Assembly: GCA_964346725.1 (NCBI GenBank)
Contig: CAYFVM010000007.1
Location: forward strand, 2,470-66,469
Length of the DNA stretch: 64,000 nucleotides
From: an uncultured Bacteroidales bacterium
GTDB lineage: Bacteria > Bacteroidota > Bacteroidia > Bacteroidales > UBA1715
Direction: 5' to 3'
A program made the position numbers and the translations under genes. Below are positions 18,042 through 28,078 of the stretch, piece after piece. Positions within the stretch are counted from its first letter, which is position 1; each line of letters opens with the position of its first letter. The notes beneath the pieces are model-generated. The model was not told the origin of the DNA. It saw only the letters and a program-made list of their open reading frames with translations, and searched no databases.

Positions 18042-18940
18042 TGGCATTTAAATCAGGTTTTGTAAATATTATCGGAAATCCGAATGTAGGCAAGTCCACG
18101 CTGATGAACGAACTTGTTGGCGAACGCTTGTCTATTGTTACGGAAAAGTCACAAACAACGCGTCATAGAATTTTGGGAATTGTCAACGGTGAGGATTATC
18201 AGATTGCATTTAGCGATACTCCGGGCGTTTTGAAACCGGCCTACAAGTTGCAAGAATCCATGTTGAAGTTTTCAGAATCTGCATTGGTTGACGCTGATGT
18301 GATTTTATACATAACCGATACTGAAGAAACTGCCGAGAAAAATGCCGATTTTCTTGCCAAAGTTCAAAGGATGGAAAATACACCTATTTTGTTGGTAATT
18401 AATAAAATAGATTTAATCAATCAAGAACAGTTGGTAGAAATGGTACAACGTTGGGAAGGTTTATTGCCTAAGGCGGAAATTGTTCCGTGTTCGGCATTAA
18501 ATAAATTCAATGTTGAGTATATCATGAAACGTATTGTGGCTCTTTTGCCCGAAGGCGAACCATATTTCGATCAAGATGCCTTGACCGACAAGCCAATGCG
18601 CTTTTTCGTTTCGGAAATTATTCGTGAAAAAATCTTAAAACTGTACGAAAAAGAAATTCCGTATTCGTGTGAGGTAGTGGTAGAGCAATACGAAGATAAA
18701 CCTAAGAATGTTCACATTCGTGCGCTAATTCTTGTTACCCGCGATTCTCAAAAGGGAATTATCATTGGAAATAAGGGAGCAAGCATTAAACGACTTGGAA
18801 CGGAAGCCCGTAAAGATATTGAAACGTTTATAGACAAAAGCGTCTATCTTGATTTATATGTAAAAGTTGAGAAGGAGTGGCGTGATAACGAGAAGAATCT
18901 TCGACAATTCGGGTATCTCTTTTCAGATGACGAGAAATAG
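18041..18940 (+). CDS. era: GTPase Era
   Basis: Motifs GNPNVGKSTLMN, DTPG, NKID and a C-terminal KH domain. The TAATG junction overlaps the preceding gene by 1 nt. Confidence 0.95.
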   Translation: MAFKSGFVNIIGNPNVGKSTLMNELVGERLSIVTEKSQTTRHRILGIVNGEDYQIAFSDTPGVLKPAYKLQESMLKFSESALVDADVILYITDTEETAEKNADFLAKVQRMENTPILLVINKIDLINQEQLVEMVQRWEGLLPKAEIVPCSALNKFNVEYIMKRIVALLPEGEPYFDQDALTDKPMRFFVSEIIREKILKLYEKEIPYSCEVVVEQYEDKPKNVHIRALILVTRDSQKGIIIGNKGASIKRLGTEARKDIETFIDKSVYLDLYVKVEKEWRDNEKNLRQFGYLFSDDEK

Positions 18941-18955
18941 CCTTAAAATAAAAAA

Positions 18956-18976
18956 TGCAAACCGTTCGGGTTTGCA
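18956..18976. terminator. Bidirectional intrinsic terminator between era and the DUF2795 gene
   Basis: TGCAAACC-gttcg-GGTTTGCA is a perfect 8-bp stem, flanked by an A-run upstream and a T-run downstream. Confidence 0.7.
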
Positions 18977-18998
18977 TTTTTTATTTCGGGTATATTGA

Positions 18999-19220
18999 TT
19001 AATACTCATCTTCATTGAAGAAAAAGTCATCTTTGCTCGGATAATCCGGCCAAATTTCTTCAATACTTTCATACATTTCGCCTTCGTCTTCTATCTCGTT
19101 TAGGTTTTCAACAACTTCTTGAGGTGCGCCAGAACGTATAGCATAGTCAATCAGTTCTTCTTTTGTTGCTGGCCATGGTGCATCTTCCAACTTTGAGGCT
19201 AATTCTAATGTCCAATACAT
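18999..19220 (-). CDS. DUF2795-like small acidic protein
   Basis: 73 aa with WPATKEELIDYAIRSGAPQEVVENL. The call is by resemblance only. Confidence 0.65.
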   Translation of the reverse strand: MYWTLELASKLEDAPWPATKEELIDYAIRSGAPQEVVENLNEIEDEGEMYESIEEIWPDYPSKDDFFFNEDEY

Positions 19221-19284
19221 ATTTTCAAATTTTAGTAATTGATTCCAATGTTATTTTTTGCGAATAAAACAATTTTTATAGAAT

Positions 19285-19836
19285 TTACAAAGAAGGATTC
19301 CACGTTATTTCGCTTTTGTTGAAATCTTTTAAGGCTTTCCTTGCTATCACAAACAGGTAGTCGGATAGGCGGTTAAGGTAGATTGTTGATAAGTTATTTA
19401 CGGAAACGGTCTGCGAAAGTCTTACAACGTCTCTTTCGGCACGTCTACAAACGGATCTAGCTATATGGCACATTGAAGAAACGTAGTTTCCTGTTGGCAA
19501 AATGAATCCTTCGGCAGGAGGTAATTCTTCTGAAATTTCGTCAATCCAGTGCTCTAAGTCGGAAATATCCGTTTTTTTTAGGTGCGGAATTTCTTTTTCT
19601 TTTTTCTTTTCGTTGGAAAAATCGCAACAAAGAACAAACAATTTGTTTTGTACTATAAGTAGATTCTCCTTGATACTGTTTGTTCGGTTGGGAAATAAGT
19701 CGCGAATTAAACCAATGTAGGAATTGAGTTCGTCAATTGAACCGTAGCATTCCAAATGTTCGTTGCATTTTAGAACGCGTGTACCATCAATAAGCGATGT
19801 AGTGCCGTCGTCGCCGGTTTTTGTGTAGATTTTCAT
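19285..19836 (-). CDS. PduO-type ATP:cob(I)alamin adenosyltransferase
   Basis: N-terminus MKIYTKTGDDGTTSL, about 180 aa, helical-bundle type. Confidence 0.88.
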   Translation of the reverse strand: MKIYTKTGDDGTTSLIDGTRVLKCNEHLECYGSIDELNSYIGLIRDLFPNRTNSIKENLLIVQNKLFVLCCDFSNEKKKEKEIPHLKKTDISDLEHWIDEISEELPPAEGFILPTGNYVSSMCHIARSVCRRAERDVVRLSQTVSVNNLSTIYLNRLSDYLFVIARKALKDFNKSEITWNPSL

Positions 19837-21242
19837 TGTTGTATGTTTATGGCAATTACACTTGAATATGTATGTGTGATTTTTGGTAAAAAAACTCGTA
19901 CTTGCTTTTCGTAAATTTGAATTTTTAGAGGATTTTCTGATTGTGAAAGTTCCGTTGCTGTTATGTTTCCTTTATTTGATTGAATTACGCTTTTCTTGCG
20001 TTTTTTCAAGGCAATTCCCAATTTATGTAGAGGAACGTCAATATATTCAATTTTTTCGGGATAAAGAATATGGCAGTATATGTTGTTTCCTTTTTGTGTG
20101 TAATATCCCCAACTTGGTTCAGGGAAAGGACTGCGCGTTGCTCCATAAATAGATTCTCCATATTTGTCCATCCATTTGCCAATTTCAGTAAGGTTGTACA
20201 TATCTTGTGCGGTAAGGCTGCCATTGCCTTTGGGGCCAATGTTGAGCAGATAGTTTCCGTCGCGACTAACCACAGCTTCAAGTTCGTGTATCAGCGTGTC
20301 GGGCGATTTGTAGTTGTTTACTTTTGATGAATCAAATCCCCAGGCGCCGTTCATAGTTTGGCAGGTTTCCCATGGGCGCGGAAGAGGTTTGCTCGGTATT
20401 TTTTCTTCGGGGCATATAAAGTCTCCCAAACAGAGATTGCGCTTGATTCTTTCGTTTACAATAATAGTTGAATCGAGTGATAAAATATAATCATGCAAAT
20501 TGATTGCATCCTGTTTTATCCACCAAGCAAACACGTTGGCGGTGTCTTTGTTTTCGCACCAATCGCCATCAAACCAAAGCACGCGAGGGTGGTATCTCTC
20601 TATCAATTCCTTGAGTTGTGCATTTTCAGCCTCAATGAACGGCGCTTTTTCGTCCATTGAATAGAGTTGTGACCAATAATCTTTGTGGAATTGTGAATGA
20701 TGATTCCAGTCGAGAATGGAGTAGTATAAGCCAAACGCAATGTCTTGCCGGTCGCACTCGGTTTTAAGTTCCATGAGTAGATCACGTTTGAAATTTGTGT
20801 AATGGTACAAATCGAATATTTTGCTGCCGGTATAGTCTTTGAAATCCGCTACGGCAGTCTTCCACATGCTAAATCCTTCGTGATGTTTTGCTGTTATAAT
20901 AATGTATTTCATGCCGGCTCGTTTGGCAAGCGAAACAATTTGTTCGGCGTTGAAATTCTCCGGATTAAAATGTTGTGTGATTTTGTTTTGGTAATCTTCT
21001 TTTGTCCAATTTTCCACAAACATACACCATTCGCCGTGACCGTAATATGAATACGAACCAAAGTGAATAAACATACCAAAACGGTCGTTATACCACCATT
21101 CCATTTTTGTTGGAATACTATACCGGGTGCTGCTTTCCAATGATTCGTAATTTTGTTTATCGAACTGGTCTAGTATGTCTTGCGAGAGCAGCTGCAAACT
21201 TATTGCACAAAAGAAAATAACGAAAAGCAAACATTTTTTCAT
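19833..21242 (-). CDS. Secreted GH29 alpha-L-fucosidase
   Basis: The internal ATG at 21242 gives a signal peptide MKKCLLFVIFFCAISLQLLSQ. The GH29-type N-terminal block is RFGMFIHFGSYS. The gene has an ATGA overlap with the downstream gene. Confidence 0.82.
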   Translation of the reverse strand: MKKCLLFVIFFCAISLQLLSQDILDQFDKQNYESLESSTRYSIPTKMEWWYNDRFGMFIHFGSYSYYGHGEWCMFVENWTKEDYQNKITQHFNPENFNAEQIVSLAKRAGMKYIIITAKHHEGFSMWKTAVADFKDYTGSKIFDLYHYTNFKRDLLMELKTECDRQDIAFGLYYSILDWNHHSQFHKDYWSQLYSMDEKAPFIEAENAQLKELIERYHPRVLWFDGDWCENKDTANVFAWWIKQDAINLHDYILSLDSTIIVNERIKRNLCLGDFICPEEKIPSKPLPRPWETCQTMNGAWGFDSSKVNNYKSPDTLIHELEAVVSRDGNYLLNIGPKGNGSLTAQDMYNLTEIGKWMDKYGESIYGATRSPFPEPSWGYYTQKGNNIYCHILYPEKIEYIDVPLHKLGIALKKRKKSVIQSNKGNITATELSQSENPLKIQIYEKQVRVFLPKITHTYSSVIAINIQQ

Positions 21243-21276
21243 ATGAATCAAATTTATTGTAAAGGTATGATTTTTT

Positions 21277-22866
21277 TTGTATAAACATTTTAACCAAATA
21301 ATTATGAAGCCTTTCATGTTTTTGAAAAATAATGGTGGTTTGCAATCAATGGCAACATCGTCTATTCGTCGCTTTCCGTTTACAATAGGGTTTATTGTTA
21401 TTTTTTATGGCATATGTATGATACTTGTAAAATCTCTTTTGGAAAAAGATTTGGTACATATATTTACAACCCTTGCTTTCGGTTCGGTGTTTGCCGCACT
21501 TTTGTCGTACGCTATCAGTTATAGGCTTACGGTGTGTCAAGGGTTTGAAAACAAGTGGTGGCGAAATCCCAAAATTTTGTATCCGCTGGGGTTCTTGCTC
21601 GTGGTAGGCGAGACCTTGTATGTGTGGAATATGGTACAACACCAAGTGAATGCAAATGTTGTGTTTCAGGTTGCTGTTTTTTATTTAGTAGGAATCTATT
21701 GTTTGTTTCCTCGTTTTTCATCTAAAAAAGATGATACACTTTCGTGGCATTTTGCAAACAACATGATAGTGAATATAGGTATTAGTTTTCTTTTGTCGTC
21801 GTTATTTTTATTGTGCATTATAGCCTTGTTATTAACCATTGAGAGATTGTTTTCGGTGAAAATTTTGCAACATAATGTTCCTGAATATATTTGCGTTACG
21901 GTGTACGCTTTGTTTGCTCCGTTGATGGTGATTTTGTTTTCTCCAAATAGAGAACAGTCGTATAATGAGCAGCAAAAAGCGCATAAATTTATTATTGGTG
22001 CTATCAAGTTTTTGTTTTTGCCTGTATTGTTGGCATTCATTGCGGTATTTTATGTGTATATATTCAAAATAGCGATTTCGTGGAGTTTGCCCAAAGGTAT
22101 GGTCTCATGGCCGGTTTCGCTTATGATGGGGCTATTTGTGGCGGTGTATTTGTCGCTCTATCCCGAACGAAACACTCTGTCCAAGAAATTATCGACAATT
22201 ATGCACTATTTGCCATTGCTTGTGATTCCTGCGCTCATGATGATGACAATTGCCATTACACGCCGTATAAGTGACTATGGTATAACTGCAGACAGATTGT
22301 GGGTGCTTACCTTTAATATATGGTGTTATGCGTTGAGTATTGGCTTGTTCATTACCAAATGGGCTAGAATTCGTTGGATTTTAATTTCTTTTGGCATTAT
22401 GTTTTTGCTCACAACCATTGGGCCTTGGAGTTTTGAACGATTGGAAGATACATATAAACGCGATACAGAAAAGATTGAAGTAGAGTATGAGAACGAAATA
22501 GCATCATATGGTTATGGTTCGGAGGTTGCCGAGGATAACGAAAATGGAAATCAATTTTATCCTATACCTAAAAATGCACGTTCAGTATCCGTTTATGAAC
22601 GGTATTATGCGCAAACAGATAATAGAATTACATATGCACAAGATAGTGTTCTGGAAATTTATCTTACTTTGAAAAATTCCAAAGACACGTTGCGTATTCC
22701 TCTTTCCGATTTACCCATGTTGGACACGTTGAAAAATCCGTATGTATTCTATCCAATGGGGAATAAAGAGTTTTGTTTACAATATTTGTCATTGTCTCGC
22801 TATGCAAAAGAACCTGTTGATTCTATATCGATACTTATGTTTAAAGGACTTATTTACGAAAAGTGA
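21277..22866 (+). CDS. Polytopic membrane protein (DUF4153-like) with a soluble C-terminal domain
   Basis: 529-aa ORF with about 10 or more hydrophobic segments, then a roughly 130-aa hydrophilic tail. The start is ambiguous: ATGs at 21277, 21304, 21316 and 21349. The family assignment comes from memory only. Confidence 0.55.
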   Translation: MYKHFNQIIMKPFMFLKNNGGLQSMATSSIRRFPFTIGFIVIFYGICMILVKSLLEKDLVHIFTTLAFGSVFAALLSYAISYRLTVCQGFENKWWRNPKILYPLGFLLVVGETLYVWNMVQHQVNANVVFQVAVFYLVGIYCLFPRFSSKKDDTLSWHFANNMIVNIGISFLLSSLFLLCIIALLLTIERLFSVKILQHNVPEYICVTVYALFAPLMVILFSPNREQSYNEQQKAHKFIIGAIKFLFLPVLLAFIAVFYVYIFKIAISWSLPKGMVSWPVSLMMGLFVAVYLSLYPERNTLSKKLSTIMHYLPLLVIPALMMMTIAITRRISDYGITADRLWVLTFNIWCYALSIGLFITKWARIRWILISFGIMFLLTTIGPWSFERLEDTYKRDTEKIEVEYENEIASYGYGSEVAEDNENGNQFYPIPKNARSVSVYERYYAQTDNRITYAQDSVLEIYLTLKNSKDTLRIPLSDLPMLDTLKNPYVFYPMGNKEFCLQYLSLSRYAKEPVDSISILMFKGLIYEK

Positions 22867-22967
22867 GAGAACCCTCTGTATGTAGAGAAATAGAGTTCTT
22901 TGCTCGAAATGACGTGTTTGTAGTTTGTATTAACCTAAAAATTCTTTTGTGCATACTATTTAATTTA

Positions 22968-22975
22968 TACCTTTG
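22968..22975 (+). promoter_or_regulatory. TAnnTTTG -7 promoter motif for pyrD
   Basis: TACCTTTG lies 22 nt upstream of ATG 22998 and inside the longer ORF-track call. This supports the shorter start. Confidence 0.5.
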
Positions 22976-22997
22976 CAAAGAATCATTACATAAAGAC

Positions 22998-24047
22998 ATG
23001 TCATTTTATTCGTCAGTAGTTAGTCGAATTTTATTTCTTTTTGATCCGGAAAAAATACACAATTTCACTATTAATTGGCTTTCCTTTTTTGGAAGAGTTC
23101 CGGGAGTACAATCATATTTATCATGGCACTTTAAAATCAAACCCGATGCGGCTTTGGAACGTGAGGTGTTTGGTATAAAATTCCCTCATCCGGTTGGCTT
23201 GGCTGCCGGTTTGGATAAAAATGCACGAGCATTTGATACCTTGGGGACGCTTGGTTTTGCGTTTGTAGAGGTGGGAACCGTTACACCGCGTCCGCAGCCG
23301 GGAAATCCTTTGCCACGCTTGTTTCGTCTCAAAAAAGATAAGGCAATTATCAACCGTATGGGTTTCAACAACGATGGAGTTGAAATTATGGTTAAAAACC
23401 TTAAAAAACGTCGTACTAAAGTTATAATTGGTGGAAATATTGGCAAAAACAAGGTTACGCCTAACGAAGATGCAATACGTGATTATGTAGTTGGGTTTAA
23501 TACGTTGTATGATTATGTAGATTATTTTACCGTAAACGTAAGTTCTCCAAATACACCTAATTTACGTGCATTGCAAGACAAAGAGCCGTTGACCAATTTG
23601 CTACAAGCTTTGAACGAAGCCAATGCACAAAAAAACAAACAGAAACCAATTCTGCTTAAAATTGCTCCAGATTTGACACATGAGCAGTTAGATGATATAG
23701 TGGAAATAGTTGAAAAAACTGGAATTGCAGGAATCGTTGCTACGAACACTACAATTACGCGGGATAATTTAACGTATTCGAAAGAATTCATTGAAAACAT
23801 AGGAAATGGCGGTTTAAGTGGTGCTCCTGAAACTAAAATGTCAACGGAAGTAATTCGTTATGTACACGAAAAATCTAAAGGTGCATTCCCAATTATTGGA
23901 GTGGGAGGAATAATGACGCCCGAAGATGCGTACGAAAAATTGCAAGCTGGAGCAAGTTTAGTGCAGATATATACCGGTTTTATCTATGAAGGACCAGGGT
24001 TGATTAAGAAAATCTGCAAGTATTTGGTAGAAAAAAGCAAAAAATAG
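22998..24047 (+). CDS. pyrD: Dihydroorotate dehydrogenase (quinone), class 2
   Basis: Motifs [40 protein letters not shown] and GVGGI. Confidence 0.92.
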   Translation: MSFYSSVVSRILFLFDPEKIHNFTINWLSFFGRVPGVQSYLSWHFKIKPDAALEREVFGIKFPHPVGLAAGLDKNARAFDTLGTLGFAFVEVGTVTPRPQPGNPLPRLFRLKKDKAIINRMGFNNDGVEIMVKNLKKRRTKVIIGGNIGKNKVTPNEDAIRDYVVGFNTLYDYVDYFTVNVSSPNTPNLRALQDKEPLTNLLQALNEANAQKNKQKPILLKIAPDLTHEQLDDIVEIVEKTGIAGIVATNTTITRDNLTYSKEFIENIGNGGLSGAPETKMSTEVIRYVHEKSKGAFPIIGVGGIMTPEDAYEKLQAGASLVQIYTGFIYEGPGLIKKICKYLVEKSKK

Positions 24048-24143
24048 AAAAATTATTTCCTTGAAAATTAGGCTATTGCTGAAAAAGAACGAAAAAAAAT
24101 CTAAAAAAATGCGTGCAAGTCTATGTAGGTTAAAAAAAAATGG

Positions 24144-24151
24144 TACATTTG
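24144..24151 (+). promoter_or_regulatory. TAnnTTTG -7 promoter motif for the tRNA-Gly/tRNA-Leu pair
   Basis: TACATTTG ends 10 nt before the tRNA-Gly 5' end. Confidence 0.5.
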
Positions 24152-24161
24152 CAACGCAATC

Positions 24162-24234
<73 letters not shown>

Positions 24235-24245
24235 CAAATGAATTC

Positions 24246-24330
24246 GCCTGGATGGTGGAATTGGTAGACACGCAGGACTTAAAATCCTGTGGACATTGCG
24301 TCCGTGCGGGTTCAATTCCCGCTCTAGGTA
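24246..24330 (+). tRNA. tRNA-Leu (anticodon UAA)
   Basis: 85 nt with a long variable arm. Anticodon stem CAGGA/TCCTG with loop CT-TAA-AA, and T arm GCGGG-TTCAATT-CCCGC. Confidence 0.93.
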
Positions 24331-24342
24331 CAGAAAAAATAT

Positions 24343-24367
24343 AGGACTTTTAAAGTCCTTTTTTTTT
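24343..24367 (+). terminator. Intrinsic terminator after the tRNA pair
   Basis: The AGGACTTT-t-AAAGTCCT hairpin is followed by a run of at least 8 T. Confidence 0.75.
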
Positions 24368-24390
24368 GCTTTACAGTTTCATATTAAATT

Positions 24391-25473
24391 ATGCAAGCAG
24401 AAATACTCTCAATATTGAAAAATTCTTTGTCAATCACGTTTTTTGTGTTGGCAATGATGTTACTTATTGAATATGTCAACGTAAAGACAGAAGGCGCCTT
24501 TTGTAAGCGTATTCAACGACGTGGTTTGAAACAAATCATCATAGGCGTGCTATTTGGTGTTTTGCCCGGATGTTTGGGAACGTACACGGTAGTTACGTTG
24601 TTTTCACACAATATTGTTTCGCTTGGTGCATTGTTTGCCACATTTGTTTCTACAATGGGCGATGAGGCATTTTTCTTATTTTCCTTAGAGCCAAAAACGG
24701 CATTCCTTATTACCGGAATCTTGGTGTTGATTGCAATCGTTGGTGGTGTTATTATTGATTTGGTGTACAAACATCCTACGCATGATTGCTCAGAGGCTCA
24801 TTTTGAAATACACGAACATGAATATGATGCAGAGGAAGTACATAAAACGAGTGTGATTGAAAATTTGCGTCATGCTTCGCCTCATCGGGCATTGTTGTTG
24901 TTTGGCGTGCTTTTAATTTTCGTTCTTTCCGTTTTGGGAGAAATTGGCCATAGTCACGATATTATGCCTGCTGTGGGATTGAAAATGGGGCACGAACATC
25001 ATGAACATCATTTTGATTGGTTTTCCATTACGTTTATTGTGATTTCGTTTGTTTCAGCAATTATTGTGAGTGTGGTGTCTGAACATTTTTTTGAAACGCA
25101 TTTTTGGAATCATGTAATAAAGAAACATTTTCTTAAAATTTTTGGTTGGACAACCTGTATTATCGCTATTGTTCATGCTATTGATTCGTGGGTAATCGTT
25201 CAAGATTTTATGAGTGAATATCAGTGGCACATACTTATTGCTGCCGTGCTAGTTGGTTTAATACCGGAATCTGGGCCGCATATTATCTTTATTTCGCTCT
25301 ATTTGTCGGGAAATATACCTTTCAGTATTTTGTTGGCAAACTCAATCGTACAAGACGGACATGGTGGTTTGCCGCTATTTGCAGAATCTAAGAAAACGTT
25401 TGTGCTTTTGAAAGGCGTAAAAGCTGTGATTGCCTTAATCCTCGGATTTGTAGGATTGCAATTCGGATTTTAG
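24391..25473 (+). CDS. Polytopic membrane protein with two His-rich loops; putative metal-ion transporter (ArsP_2-like guess)
   Basis: 360 aa with about 10 hydrophobic segments. The loops read HPTHDCSEAHFEIHEHEYDAEEVH and HSHDIMPAVGLKMGHEHHEHH. The function is inferred only from the His clusters. Confidence 0.6.
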   Translation: MQAEILSILKNSLSITFFVLAMMLLIEYVNVKTEGAFCKRIQRRGLKQIIIGVLFGVLPGCLGTYTVVTLFSHNIVSLGALFATFVSTMGDEAFFLFSLEPKTAFLITGILVLIAIVGGVIIDLVYKHPTHDCSEAHFEIHEHEYDAEEVHKTSVIENLRHASPHRALLLFGVLLIFVLSVLGEIGHSHDIMPAVGLKMGHEHHEHHFDWFSITFIVISFVSAIIVSVVSEHFFETHFWNHVIKKHFLKIFGWTTCIIAIVHAIDSWVIVQDFMSEYQWHILIAAVLVGLIPESGPHIIFISLYLSGNIPFSILLANSIVQDGHGGLPLFAESKKTFVLLKGVKAVIALILGFVGLQFGF

Positions 25474-25484
25474 AATATGATATA

Positions 25485-26246
25485 TTAGATTCTCTCAATG
25501 TTTTGAGCTAAAATCCAGCCTTCTTTGCCGTTGCCAAGTTTCACTTTGAACCAACCAAAGGCCTCGTTTACAATCTTTACTTTGATGCCTCCGTGGATTG
25601 TGGCCAAATCGGTGGCAGTAATCATTGGTTCTGTTTTAATACTTGTGGTAGGCTCTATTACTATGGCATATTCGTGCGAAGTAAGTTCTGTGTGGCGTGA
25701 TTGGGCGCATGATACGGATGTTACACCTAGGATAAAACTGCAAATAAGAGTAATGAGGGCAATTCTTCGGTGAGAAAATTGTTGTGCGAATAAGAAGATG
25801 CAAATTGCAACGCAGAATAGGATAGAGAATATGATTCCCAATATTGCCCATGTGTCAACGGCAAACAAGCGATATAACGATTGGAACAAGCGAGGCAAAA
25901 ATCCTGGTGCTAAATGCTCAATATTGTCCGGCTGGTTGCTGTATGCAAAATTTAAATTATGTTCTATATCGCTGTCGTTTGGCTCTAGTAGGGCAGCTTT
26001 TTCGTAGTTAAGTATGGCTTTGGCCAAATCGCCGTTTTTGAAGTAGGCATTTCCCAAATTGAAATACAAAAACGCGGAACTTTCTCCTTTTGTCAAGATG
26101 TTTTCATACGTGGTAATTGCTGTTTGGTAATTTTGGTTTTTGTACGCATTTTCTGCTTCCAAAGGTACATTGTTTAGTTCTTTAATTTGTGCAAAAATAC
26201 TGCAATTTGCTAATATAGAGAGAAATATGATTAAAATCCGTTTCAT
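25485..26246 (-). CDS. BatE-like protein (signal peptide, TPR, TM segments, C-terminal SH3b-like domain)
   Basis: Start taken at MKRILIIFLSILANCSIFAQ. The TPR-like part is YQTAITTYENIL...FLYFNLGNAYFKNGDLAKAILNYEKAALLEP. The C-terminal part is GWFKVKLGNGKEGWILAQNI. It is the last gene of the Bat-type operon. Confidence 0.7.
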   Translation of the reverse strand: MKRILIIFLSILANCSIFAQIKELNNVPLEAENAYKNQNYQTAITTYENILTKGESSAFLYFNLGNAYFKNGDLAKAILNYEKAALLEPNDSDIEHNLNFAYSNQPDNIEHLAPGFLPRLFQSLYRLFAVDTWAILGIIFSILFCVAICIFLFAQQFSHRRIALITLICSFILGVTSVSCAQSRHTELTSHEYAIVIEPTTSIKTEPMITATDLATIHGGIKVKIVNEAFGWFKVKLGNGKEGWILAQNIERI

Positions 26247-26247
26247 G

Positions 26248-28074
26248 TTATTTATTCTTTTGTTCAAAGTTTTGAATTACTTCGGTTGCTTGATCGTAGA
26301 GTTTTTGTTTGCCGTTAGGGTCGGCAGAAGGAGCAAAACGGGCAAATTCGCATTGTTGTAACACTTGAATAAGCGAGTCAATTTTTTGCTCATCAATTTG
26401 TTTTGCAATGAGTGTTGCCTTGATTTTGTCGGTGGTTAAATTCACTTGATCTATTGAAAATTTGTCGGCAACGTAGCCCCAAAGTGCTTTTGCTATTTCG
26501 TCATAGAAAAGACTGTCTTGATTTGAGTCAAGATAGGTTTTAGCAGTTTTGAGTCGTTTTTGTGATTCTTTGTTGGCGCGTTTGTTTTTCATGCGCGAAA
26601 CGTCGTTATTGAGTTCTATTTGCTTGCGTTTGAAGAAAATAAGGAATATGGTTGCCAACGCAATCAAAATGTTCAAAATCCAATACGCAATAGATTTAAA
26701 GAAGAAATCATTTGGTTTAGAAATGGCAAGGTCGCCGGTTTTTATGAATTGAATATCGTTGCCAAACTTCACATCTTCTTTGTTGGGAGTGGTGTAGTTG
26801 GAAACTACAGAGCCTGAACTTGTTCCTTTGGTAACGGTAATCAGAATTTCTTCGGTGCTGATAGTTTTGTACGATTTCGTTGCTACATTGAAATATTGCA
26901 AAACAACAGAAGGAATTTTAAAATCACCTTCACGGCGTGGCATTATTACGTATTCAAATGTTTTTGAACCTTTTTCTCCGGTAGCTGTTGTACTAAAGTT
27001 TTTGGTGATTTTTGGGTCATATACTTCAAAATCTTGCGGAAATTCAATGTTTGGTTTCGTTATGAGTGAGAAATTACCTTCGCCTTTTATGGTGATTTTG
27101 AGAGAAAACGCTTCGTTAGCCGGTATGGTTGTTACGGTTGTTTTGGCTGACATTGAAAAATCACCAACGGCACCTGTAAAATCGTTGGTTTTTCCCGCAG
27201 GGAATGGTTTTATTGTTATAGTAACTGGTTTACTTTCAATTTGGCGTCGTTCAATTTTTCGTTGTGAAAAACCCCACCAACCACCTGACGAATATCCTGC
27301 AATAACATCGCAGTTAACTTTGAATGGAGAAATTGTAAGTTTTCCGTCTTTTTGTGGGTAGAGCACTACTCGCTGGAAAAGAATAGAGTAGTAATGTTGT
27401 CCATCAATCGTTTCATCTTTGTACTCAAGTTGTTGTGGTTGTTCAAGAACACGTTTATAGAACCCATTAAAATCAGGGTAACTATTGTCATTTATGCCAG
27501 ATATGTCTTTTTGTGTATATAATTTAATGGTAGCCAAGATTGGTTCGCCAATGTATGCGGTGGTTTTGTTTACAAAAATACGAGCAAACATATCGTCGCT
27601 TGCCGAAGTTGCTTTTTGTTCTTGTGGAGCCTGGCTTTGTTGATAGTTTTGAGATGATTGTTGTTGATTTTGTTGAGCACTTGCGGTAGTTTTGTCTACA
27701 ACTTCAAGTGTCATTGATTTGCTGCGATACGTTTTCCCATCGATTTTTACACTTGCTATAGGAATGGGGAACGTACCTTTTTGGGTTGCACGGAATTGAC
27801 GAGTCTCGCTGTATGTCTGCGATTGTGTCATTTTTCCGTTAACAATGCTGATGCTATTGCTTGTTCCTGTTTGTGGACGTCCCGATGCTTGAATTTCGTT
27901 GCAAGTTTCAACACTAAACATATTTCCCGGATCGGTATTGATAGTGTAGCGAACATGAAAAAGTGCGCCTTCTTCTACAACTCTTGGTGCACTCACCGAG
28001 ATGTTAATGTCTTGCGCCTGTATGTGAAGAATTGCCGCTAAGCTCAGTACTATGAGAGAAAGGAATTGTTTCAT
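26248..28074 (-). CDS. BatD-like protein (secreted N-terminal beta-rich domains, one TM segment, cytoplasmic helical tail)
   Basis: 608 aa. It has a signal peptide MKQFLSLIVLSLAAILHIQAQ, an internal Q-rich linker QQNQQQSSQNYQQSQAPQEQ, and a TM segment IAYWILNILIALATIFLIFF. Its position in the operon matches BatD. Confidence 0.75.
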   Translation of the reverse strand: MKQFLSLIVLSLAAILHIQAQDINISVSAPRVVEEGALFHVRYTINTDPGNMFSVETCNEIQASGRPQTGTSNSISIVNGKMTQSQTYSETRQFRATQKGTFPIPIASVKIDGKTYRSKSMTLEVVDKTTASAQQNQQQSSQNYQQSQAPQEQKATSASDDMFARIFVNKTTAYIGEPILATIKLYTQKDISGINDNSYPDFNGFYKRVLEQPQQLEYKDETIDGQHYYSILFQRVVLYPQKDGKLTISPFKVNCDVIAGYSSGGWWGFSQRKIERRQIESKPVTITIKPFPAGKTNDFTGAVGDFSMSAKTTVTTIPANEAFSLKITIKGEGNFSLITKPNIEFPQDFEVYDPKITKNFSTTATGEKGSKTFEYVIMPRREGDFKIPSVVLQYFNVATKSYKTISTEEILITVTKGTSSGSVVSNYTTPNKEDVKFGNDIQFIKTGDLAISKPNDFFFKSIAYWILNILIALATIFLIFFKRKQIELNNDVSRMKNKRANKESQKRLKTAKTYLDSNQDSLFYDEIAKALWGYVADKFSIDQVNLTTDKIKATLIAKQIDEQKIDSLIQVLQQCEFARFAPSADPNGKQKLYDQATEVIQNFEQKNK

Positions 28075-28078
28075 GTGA

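Noticed and set aside
22863-22997. N-terminal extensions in the ORF track: pyrD from 22863, the thioredoxin-fold gene from 5629, the fucosidase to 21317, M16 to 49076, the lipoproteins to 15101 and 49456, RlmI to 54901, and the symporter to 57510
   Set aside because: The internal ATGs give proper signal peptides or lipoboxes, or conserved N-termini. They also remove overlaps with neighbours, and in two cases (pyrD and the symporter) a TAnnTTTG promoter motif lies inside the extension.
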